This document shows, piece by piece, positions 39,505 to 49,645 of a DNA stretch of 64,000 nucleotides. Position 1 is the stretch's first letter. Each line of letters begins with the position of its first letter. The notes beneath the pieces are model-generated. The model saw only the letters and a program-made list of their open reading frames with translations. It was not told the origin of the DNA and ran no database searches. This DNA comes from Octopus sinensis. Its lineage: Eukaryota. A program made the translations under genes and the position numbers. The stretch covers positions 153,388,001-153,452,000 of the forward strand of contig NC_042997.1 of the NCBI RefSeq assembly GCF_006345805.1, written 5' to 3'.

Positions 39505-39676
39505 TACAACAAACAAGATGAGGACAAATATCCGTCAATTTGAAATAATATAAATAATAACTGAAAAGTGTTGTAGTTTGCTTCGAGCATTGCAGAGTAT
39601 AAAATGTTGTTTAGAAAGGCACAGAAGTTCAGTTGAGAATAAATTAAATGCCCATTTAAACACACACACATACATG

Positions 39677-39764
<88 letters not shown>

Positions 39765-42700
39765 GCTAAAAACCAAGAAGGTTATATTCATTTATGAATA
39801 AGTTTAGATAAATGAAAATTTCATAAGGAAATAGAAGCTATAGGTTGCCTAGTAATGATCTATGCATATTAATTATTACGCTTTCTTCAAGTCAGTTATC
39901 AGTTTTTCCTTTGGTTAGGCTGGTAGGCCTTTCCTATTAAATATATTACTTGAACAGTTTAAAAAGTAGTGTATAAGTTTTCCTTGACAACCGACCCCAT
40001 TATATATAAAATGTATCACAACCGTAGTAGAATTATATTTCACTTTTAAAGTGCTCTTATCTACCTCTAGAGGTTATTGAAGATGGGTTATTTATTTGCT
40101 TTTAAGATCTATTTGCATTAAGTGTAGTATATAACTTATCAAAGCACCAATATCAATTCATGTTGAATAGTCCTAAAATGGATTATCATATCGCTTATGT
40201 CTGCTCAAGTTGAAGTTGGATGGACGTCTTGTCTCTAAAATAGTTATTACTTTAATACAGCCGTTTTTAGGTTTTGCAGTAAAATGAATGAGCGCTTTGT
40301 ATGAAGGAATCGCATAAGAAATATGCATAATGGATCGGATAAGTGGTATTCAGCAAGTAATATAGACGCATATTTTATGTTCGTGAATGGATGTATGTAT
40401 GTGCACATATTTATGTATACCTATTTATGAAGTTATATTATGCACATATCACTCATAACAAATTCTCTTTCTAATATTTAGGGAATATAACAAAATGAAA
40501 ATTAAGCAATATGATTTTGCTTCTTTCCTATACTAAAATTAATATATTAGCAGCAGTCATTTTATTGCACATCAGTTCAATGCTGAGACCAGTAAATTGT
40601 TTAAAGAAAGCAATTACTCAATTTATGCATATAACAATAATGGCAAAATTTAGATATCTAATCTTTTGAAAAACTTGCTTTAGGAAAATGCTTCCCGTTA
40701 AGTACTATCATGAATTCAAAACCTAGTTTTATTAAACAGTATTACTCAGTTCACCTATCGCAATTTCTAGGTTTTAATGCGTGATGTAATTCATGCAGTG
40801 TTATGCATTTGAGATGTTACATTATATTGGAGAGCAGCCATTTATCTAGGCCCGCCAACTGGTTTATATATCTAGTTTTCGCTATTTCACTTTAATCGTT
40901 CTTGAGAAAAACATTAGCATCGCAGCCTCTGTTGTTTGTGTCTTTATTAATCTAAATGAAACTTTGTCTATAGGACTCTAAACAGGAGCCAATAGATGGC
41001 GGTTGAGGTAGTTTTGACTAGTCTAATCCGGAGCATAATTTGAATGCTCCGGGAGAAACATTGTCAAATGTAAGTATGACGAAGCCTGAATATAAATACA
41101 GAAGCCTAATCAACACGGAACTTAACAATCGAGGGGTCAAATCAATGAGACAGCCACCGTGTGGCCACTCCACATGAGGAGAATAGCAGCCAATCTTTTA
41201 GCATTTAAAACCATCCATATCCTGCCCAATTATTCTACCTGCTTTCTGTTCAAACCAGCCAGAACTGGTATATCATACAATGTCATTCTAAAGATAAATA
41301 ATCATATGATCAGAATCATGAAGCTCCGGGATAATCATGATTGATTTAAAACAATGTAAATGAATAAGCATTACATATTTGTCAGAGTAATCTGAATACT
41401 AAAGGGTCAATGAAGGGAGATCACCCAAGAGAATGTAGTTGTAGATGAGTGGTTTACAATCTCTTTTACTTCCTGACGCACTTGGAATCAAATAAAAACT
41501 TTAATGAAGTTCTTCTGATGGGGAAAAACTGTTTCGAAGTTTACAATTTCTACAAACTGTTGCTCGCTTTATTAATCACAGTTGTATAAAACACAAATTG
41601 TGCACCTCGATAAACTTCGCGACACACTGTTTGATGTGATATATCGTTTATAAACCAGCAAGAAGGTGAACGAAATACATGATGGTCGTGGTTGGTACGC
41701 TGCAAATCTCAGACTTGCTCAAGCAGGATTCACTAAAGTTTAAGCAACAAGAAAAAGTAGCTGATATTTCATTGGTTCGTATCCTGTAACACGCACATTG
41801 TTTAGTGTTGTCTGACACTTACCTCTCAGTAGTATCTGTATAAATAATGGAACTTGTTATAATTCATTCACATAAATTTACTTACACGTAAAAATATAAC
41901 TTCTAATGACCAGGCTATTTTGTGTTTAAAGATTATCCTAAACTTCCTTTCTATGTTAAGATGGAAGCAAAATCTTTTGTGGTGTCAGTGGCATCGTTTG
42001 TTTATAGTGTCTAAATTAAAATGCAAATTTTCCCAAGAAGATGATTTGTAAAGAGATGATGGTCTTCTATGCTTCTGCATCTTCAGCCTGCAACAATAGA
42101 TACATATCTTTTCAAAGAAACTGGACAACAAATAATTGAATATAGTAAACCACTAAAGTTAATTTCTTATATAATACATTAAGTCTCAGAAATCGTAATA
42201 TCTCTACTGCAAAATGAATTAGATTCCACACTAAACTGACAAACACTCCAAACAAGTTAAGAATATAATGAATAAATTAGTTAAAGACACTTTGCTGAAA
42301 ATAATTAACATCTTATATTGTGGAACTTCGAACTTTAACGTAAAATTATAAATTGATCTCTAAAGTTTGTAGTCGTTTCTCGTGCATAAGTACAAAATCG
42401 GAAAAGTCGTATATGCACATATACACGTGTTTATATAGCGTACAAGTTTATTGAAACAAAGAGCTCTCAGTATATATTGTAGAGTATATAGTTAATTGAA
42501 CCTGAAGGTTTACCTCGCCAAAAAGTTGCAGTAACGTGAAACTCGAGTCGCAAGATAAATATTCGGTCTTAATAAACTATATACAAGCATATATACACAC
42601 ACAAACACAAACGCGAATATATAAATATAGATATAAACCACAGCCGTCACTTGGTGGCATGATGTTAGTAATTGTTTTATGTGTTTGAACTGTAGCCAGT

Positions 42701-43180
42701 GAATATACACAGTCTCATAACTCACATATTTTTGATCCATTGTATGATGGTTGAAGAGAGAGAGGGCTGTACATTTACTTGGTCCCTAAACATTCAGCTG
42801 AGTAGAGTAAATCAACGTAAAATGAAGGTTTACTAAAGAATAAGGAATGTAGATATGTTTAGCAATCTAAATTACCATCATCGTGAGGGCAACGCCAACA
42901 AGTATTAACCTTTTTTAGAAAAATTTAACTTTATTGTATTTATCTATTACTTCTTTCTCTGAACTTGTATTGACAGGCGAGTATTGCTTCCTTAGAGTAA
43001 AATACATTGAGTAAACTGCTGAATACACCCAGCTGTTGTGATATACAATGGGTCAGCTTGTTATCTGTAGTAGAGTTTATGTCTTGAACTTCCGCGAATC
43101 ATTCTGAAGATTTGTATGTAACCGTACGTGGATTGTTGGCGAATTTTCCTTACTTTTCCTTCTTTCTCTTTGGACTTTTC

Positions 43181-43215
43181 TCTTTCCAGAGAAGAGCTGT
43201 GCTCGAAACGTTATC
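43181..43215 (+). ncRNA. Degenerate hammerhead relic, second family
   Basis: CAGAGAA-GAGC tgt GCTC-GAAAC-GTT-A; stem II and ACGT intact, core decayed. Confidence 0.4.
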
Positions 43216-43575
43216 AACTCTCCCCTTTCACCAAGTGTCAAATTAATATATTTCTTGTGCACGTCCTCACATTCGTTTTTTTTCTCTCTATTTTTAAATT
43301 GTTTGTTCTTTGAATGACTATATATATATATATTTAGTAAGAAAAGGAAGGAAGAGAATGTCATACCATAAGAATTTTATAAACTTTCGAGATAAATATT
43401 TTGGGGACACTGGATCTCGGTGTACATCACATAAATCTGTAAATAATAGTTTGCAAGTAATAACTGAATTAAAAAATTCTTTTAGATATATATATATGTG
43501 TGTGTGTGTATACATATATATCAACATGCTTTGACCGTTTAATTCAGACACGTTGTTTTCTCTCTTCGTCTATTT

Positions 43576-43612
43576 TCTTTCTGTAGAAGAGCGTTGGCTC
43601 GAAACGTTAAAC
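43576..43612 (+). ncRNA. Degenerate hammerhead relic, second family
   Basis: TTT-CTGTAGA-A-GAGC gttg GCTC-GAAAC-GTT-AAA; one core substitution (A6). Confidence 0.55.
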
Positions 43613-43703
43613 ACTTCTTCCATTTTTCCTGAGCATAAAACTAATATATTTTGTTGTTCCTTTACCTCGTCTTAATGTTCATTTCGTGAGGTGGGGCTGG
43701 ACC

Positions 43704-43737
<34 letters not shown>

Positions 43738-43749
43738 ATAAAGGAGAAA

Positions 43750-43997
43750 ACTCCTTCTTAAAGCATATAGACTCACATGGCCTGTTTCCAGGATTGTCTG
43801 CTGCATATACTCCTCCCTCCCATTGGATAGGACGCCTATCTTTTACAGGAGTACTCGTTTTTGCAAGCTGAATTATCTGAAGCAACGTGAAACGAAGAGC
43901 TTTGCTCAAGAACACAACGCATCGCCCAATCCAGGACTCGAAACCATAATCTTACAATCATGAGTCCAATACCCTAACACTAAGCCAGGTGCCTCCC
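43750..43997 (-). mobile_element. Diverged tRNA-derived SINE (family B-like)
   Basis: Minus strand GGAGGCACCTGGCTTAGTG...GGTTTCGAGTCCTGG...GTTCTTGAGCAAAG; left limit approximate. Confidence 0.65.
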
Positions 43998-44902
43998 ATT
44001 CCGTGTGTGTTGATGCCATAAGAACTTGATAAACTTTCAAGAGAATGTGAAACGATTCGTTTTTAGAATTGTATATCTCGAAGGCTTCGACTTCATCCAA
44101 AATGGATTTCCAACCCAATATTTATATGTTTTGTGTGTACAGTTATTCATTATATTCTTATATTATACAGAGTTATTCACTATATTCTACTGAATTGTAT
44201 TGAGTTTTTGATTAGGTTTCTCTGCTCCTCGTCTTTTAATTACCATATACTTTCTAATAAAAATATTAATAGATATTGAATTCTCGTTCAACAATTCATG
44301 CCAAGATGTGAAACCTCAGAACGAGTATCCTCCTTTATTTCAGAAATAATGCCATAAAACACACTGTACTTTTGTATAAGGCAATTTTAGAATATGCTTC
44401 CGTATGTCAATAAATGGTTCACTCTTTATCGTTGGGTGAAAGTGTATCTTCATTCTCGGAAATTATACAAAACAGAAATTCTAGTAGGAATTTTATTTGT
44501 GATATATATGAAGCCAATTTTATTTCGATTCAAAAATAGCGCTAAGCTACGTTATAATTCCAGTTAAAATTTTCAAGTTACATGCTTAATGCGCACACAT
44601 ATCACCACAATCAAATCACTTATTGACTTGAATTATGGAAACTAGCCGAATGCACGTTACTTTTCTATAAGTGCACACACACACAGATATATATATATAT
44701 ATATATAATTAATATTAGGGATTAAAACTCCAAACTTACAGGGAAACATTACTTATTATGTATTGATCATTCATTTTTATACTTTTTGAGATCTAGTTAT
44801 ATGTTTTATAAAAATATATATTATTTGTTATTTATGTTTTGGTTTATGTCAATCACTGTTTGAGTTGCATAATAGTAGTTTTATTTCTAATTTATATTAT
44901 AT

Positions 44903-44938
<36 letters not shown>

Positions 44939-45678
44939 ATATATATATACATTATGCTGGCCTTTTAGAAAATATATGCCTTTTCAGGGACAAAGTTCCA
45001 TGTTTCTGTAATTTCATGTTGGCTACTAGTACCCTATGCTTCATTTCGATATTTTTGCAGCTTTCCACTATTTTTGTAGAAGAGTTGCCGGAATTTATTA
45101 CTGTTAATTTTTTTTTTCTTTGAGGGAGAGAAGCTATTTTGCAACCTTGACGTTTATACTCTTTAAAATGTTTCTTATACTTTTATGCTGATTCCTACAT
45201 GTTGTTGGAGTACACTAAGCAAATGTATGATAGTTCCTTGATGTAATCCTCAGCACCCGGCCCGTATTAAAGATAGTTCTATTGCACGATAGCGTAAAGA
45301 GCCAAGTGAGATGTCTCATGATATTTCGTATGATGCCCTAAAAACCCGTTCAATTTTTATAAAGACATGATTTATTTACCGACCTAGAAAGAATGAAAAC
45401 CAAATTTAACTTCAGTGAGATTTGAAGTCTGAGAGTAGAGAGCCAGAAGCAACACTTTAGCATATAAATAATATTTCTCATTATCGTTTCTAATTGTCAT
45501 ATAAATCTAATTATAAGATAACAGAAATCAGTGAAAATATGAGTAATTATTCCCTTTCCAAGTACTCTTTTCTTCTCATCTACTTAATCGCTGATTTCAT
45601 ATTATTGATCATCTTATGTGTGTTTAAGAAATTATTCTTCAACAAATACAAATCTAGTTTTCGAACTTTTACCCAGTC

Positions 45679-46186
45679 AGGCGTAGGAGTGGCTGTGTGG
45701 TAAGAAGCTTGCTTACCAACCACATGGTTCCAGGTTCAGTCCCACTGCGTGGAACCTTGGACAAGTGTCTTCTACTATAGCCTCGAGCCGACCAAGGCCT
45801 TGTGAGTGGATTTGGTAGACGAAAACTGAAAGAAGCTCGTCGTTTATATGCATATATTTTATTTTATTTTATTTTATCTAGTTTCAGCTCACGAGCTGTG
45901 GCCATGCTGGGGCACCGCCATATATTTATATGTACGTGTGTGTATATGTGTATATGTTTGTGTGTCTGTGTTTGCCCCCCCCCCCCTCCAACATCGCTTG
46001 ACAACCGATGCTGGTGTATTTACGTCCCTGTAATTTAACGGTTCGGCAAAAGACACCGATAGAATGAGTACTGGGCTTATAAAGAATAAGTCCTGGGGTC
46101 GATTTGCTCGACTTAAGGCGGTGCTCCTGCATGGCCACAGTCAAATGACTGAAACAAGTAAAAGAGTAAGAGAGAGTAAAAGAGTA
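45679..46186 (+). mobile_element. Full-length SINE family A with nested inverted SINE tail at 45857-45919
   Basis: Head and tail match 3581-3976; nested minus-strand GGCGGTGCCCCAGCATGGCCACAGCTCGTGAGCTGAAACTAGA(TAAAA)n. Confidence 0.88.
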
Positions 46187-46608
46187 ATGATTTTCTAATT
46201 TTGACTTTTCAAATAACTAATAGGTATGATCTTTCAGTTCAACCTTTACAAATCTTCCAAAGATGTATGACCTTTTAACTCGCATCTGCAAAAGAGTACA
46301 GCTATCATCTTAAATCTACATATTCTATGTGATGAAGAATGAAAATCAAAACTAAGCTTGTTTGGGTATTAAGTCCGATGGCATTCTCAGAAAGTATACA
46401 ATGTTTCTTGATTTGAACTTGTTTATTTTGATTCCAATGCTAAAATCTACGAAATATCATGAATAAAGAATGTAATCGGTTTTCAAATATTAATATTTCC
46501 ACGAAGCTAAATAAAATATTTAGATAATACAGTTCTATATTTAAGAGATGAGGAATTATGTACATTATTTACATTTGAAGGATCTTTGTTCTAATCTTGT
46601 TTGTTGTT

Positions 46609-46654
46609 AACACAACGTTTCGGCTGATATAACCTCCAGCCTTCATCAGGTGTC
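46609..46654 (-). ncRNA. Intact minimal type I hammerhead ribozyme (PLE type)
   Basis: GACAC-CTGATGA-A-GGCTG gaggttatat CAGCC-GAAAC-GTT-GTGTT: stem I GACAC/GTGTT, 5-bp stem II, palindromic loopless stem III ACGT, GUU cleavage triplet. Confidence 0.82.
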
Positions 46655-46698
46655 CTGAGGAAATTTCGAACCTGGGTTCCCATTCGAATTTTTCGATG

Positions 46699-46748
<50 letters not shown>

Positions 46749-46782
46749 ACTCCAAGATTCCGAGTTCCATTCTAGGCAGTGA

Positions 46783-46824
<42 letters not shown>

Positions 46825-46877
46825 CAACATCGAAAAATACCTTAGGAATGAGAACCCAGATTCGAAATTTCCCCCAA

Positions 46878-46922
46878 GACACCTGAAAAAGCTGGAAGGT
46901 ATATCAGCCGAAACGTTGTGTT
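46878..46922 (+). ncRNA. Minimal hammerhead motif, core decayed
   Basis: GACAC-CTGAAAAA-GCTG gaaggtatat CAGCC-GAAAC-GTT-GTGTT. Confidence 0.55.
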
Positions 46923-47189
46923 AACAACAAACAAGATGAGGACAAAGATCCGTCAAATGTAAATAATGAAAATATTTAGATATTTACAACTCTGATCACA
47001 AAATTTATAAATCTATCAATAATAAGAATTTCTAAAGGTGAAATTGTATATGTTGACATTTTTTTTTTTTCATTTTCAGAAATAATCTTCTCTTTCCTTA
47101 TCTTTAACATCAATTGACTACAATCCAAGTTAGGCAGCAGGCATTACCTCTTACGAACACGCAACCCACACATCATATTTATTCGAGAT

Positions 47190-47560
47190 GCAAATGTCCA
47201 AGCTTACACCCTTTACTCATACGTCACTCTAAAATGTGCCTGTACAAATTTTAGATCTCGCTCTCCTAGCTTCTCACTTCTCTCACCGGTTTTATCAACA
47301 GCAAAGATTTCTAGCTTCTTTCTTCCAAAATCTCTCCCTGTCCCACTCCTCTAACAAATATCTGCATCGTCTGCAGCTCTTTGAACTTCAACCACGCAGA
47401 CACCTACATCACTTCTATGAAGTCATCATCCTTAGTGAATTTACCGCCTACGACACTTCTTAGTTGTCCTACTCATACTGATGGCGTTGGTGCAGAAACT
47501 AAATCATTCGCAATCTTCAACTAACTTAACACTCTACCATCCCTGCTCGATAAACAGACA
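47190..47560 (-). mobile_element. Ancient RTE-like LINE relic
   Basis: Minus strand SAWLKFKEL followed by a decayed ...YGSETW-like region; many stops; may extend further right. Confidence 0.4.
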
Positions 47561-49045
47561 CTTTAACCATATCTGATCTTTTTCTCATCTCCAAACTCTT
47601 CCAGACCAGCATCGCATGTACTCCGATTGGTTTGTCCGGTTACTGTCAGGTCATATTTGCACACAGCATTTATGTAACGTGCCTACTTTCTGTACCTGAC
47701 GATACTCTAAGTAGGCTGACTGGTCAGAGCTACGCCAATACTTTTCTGAATATTTAACACATATGCTTCACTCCTGACTCATCAGAAAGAGAGCAGTGAT
47801 TGAAACTATCCTGTTAGTAATACCCTTTCAAAATTTTAAGTCCTCCACGTAGTTTGCACGTAGCTACACTGCAACAGACAAAGCAAAAAGGGAACGTTGG
47901 AGTACATTAACCTCTCCTACAAACTGGGCGGTTCTTACAAGCACCAGAACTCATGCAGGACTATTATTTGCACTGTGATGATGGTCTTCTGTCATAGTTA
48001 TGGTGACTTGCAAAGCTCCGTTAAAAGAAAATCTCACAGACTCTTAAAACTACAAAGATGGCAACCGATTCTTTAGGTTCATTGCCAAAACGGTCTCAAC
48101 CAACGTTAAATTTTTCTACCCCACTACTTTCAGTCCTAATTCTTGATTGATGCAGTCTGTCACGAATATGGCCTTAACATCCGTTATTACAAACGAAAAT
48201 AAACGAAGAACAATCAGTAAAATAACTCTATTGCGCGTCAGATGTTATTTCATCTTCGTTTGTTTGAAAAATGATTCTTCTGCTACAGAGACACTTTCTA
48301 AATAAAATAATATGATTATTCGCTGCGAAATTTAATCCTTTTACATATTTGGTGTTATCAAGAAGAAAATTTAGCAAGTTTTGAGCGAAAAATATATTGA
48401 TATATCCATAATCGCAGATATTGTTAAAGCCACGATTGCATTTTAAAACTGAATCGTAGACTCAGCTCAATGTTTAGGATATTCGATTCAAATTTAGTCG
48501 GCTTCAGCTGAATTTGAGCCCAAAACGTAAATATACATGAGATGCCGCTAAGCATTAAGCCTGACGCACTAAGAATTTTACCAGGTCGCAGAATATTGAT
48601 TTCTTCTGACAGGAACAGGGCTTACTTTCAAAATATTTAAGTATAATCGATCGAGCTAATTGCTTATGTAAGAAAAATTCGTGAGGAAATTACTCAGTGA
48701 CGCCAAACATTGTAAACACAATGGTTAAGCTAGTGTTGCGACATGTAATGTTATGGGCATTAGAATGGTAATGAGGTACAGTTAAGCAACGAGGTAAAGT
48801 TGAGGACAATTTCAGACGTATCCCTGTCTAAAAGCCCCTTAGACAAACATACACTTCTTCGAATTTACTGAAGTAACGATGAGAGAATTACTAAATAGTT
48901 ATACACTAATAGTTTATATACTGTTTTACATGGGTTCAGTCAGTCTAGAAGCTATGCTAATCTAAGTACAGGTACTATTCGAAGTAAAACAAAGCTAAAA
49001 TATATAAATTAATGAATGAGTCAATGTGTGCATGTATATGTGTGC

Positions 49046-49079
<34 letters not shown>

Positions 49080-49150
49080 CTGTGTGTGCGTGTGTGTGTG
49101 TGTATAATATATACAAAGGGGTTTGTATGATTGTGTATAGAAGAATATAC

Positions 49151-49609
49151 TACTCAAAGGAATTCCAACTCTGTTTTATTCTTATAATATTAATATAGGA
49201 TATAGAATATATAGTAAGAAAGAAATGAAATGAAGTACTGATTGTCTTATTGAACAAATGAAATATTGAAAATTAAATATTAAATGTCTATTCTCATTGA
49301 ACTAGTATATTTCCTTGCATTTAAGCATTCATCAGGTTCATATTCTGACAGGAACGCTTCGACTGTCACAATCTGAAGCATTCCTGTCACAATCTGAACC
49401 TGATGAATGCTTAAATGCAAGGAAGTATACTAGTTCAATGAGAATAGACATTTAATATTTAATTTCTATATTTCATTTGTTCAATAAGACAATCAATACT
49501 TCATTTCATTTCTTTCTTACTATATATTCTATATCCTATACCCTATATTAATATTATAAGAATATAAATAAAACATAAAAAGCAGACAGAGTTGGAATTC
49601 CTTTGAGTA
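49151..49609. repeat. About 460-bp fold-back (about 200-bp arms, about 9-nt loop)
   Basis: TACTCAAAGGAATTCCAACTCTG... mirrored as ...CAGAGTTGGAATTCCTTTGAGTA; loop CTGTCACAA near 49365; small indels between arms. Confidence 0.95.

Positions 49610-49639
<30 letters not shown>

Positions 49640-49645
<6 letters not shown>

Larger units (their letters stand above)
35025..39556. mobile_element. Fold-back hammerhead-SINE insertion (family X) interrupted by a Dong LINE
   Basis: 13-bp direct repeat ATAACTGAAAAGT at 35012-35024 and 39557-39569; X body on minus (35025-35236), tRNA-like head + (AAT)n + X body on plus (39295-39556). Confidence 0.85.
46527..46968. mobile_element. Fold-back hammerhead-SINE insertion (family X), uninterrupted
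   Basis: 14-bp direct repeat AAAATATTTAGATA at 46513-46526 and 46969-46982; X body minus, (ATT)n, partial tRNA-like head, (AAT)n, X body plus. Confidence 0.88.

Noticed and set aside
43998-44122. Protein-like minus ORF WKSILDEVEAFEIY
   Set aside because: Begins in TATTGGGTTGGAAAT, a mariner-type TIR, so probably a transposon end fragment fused to a SINE.
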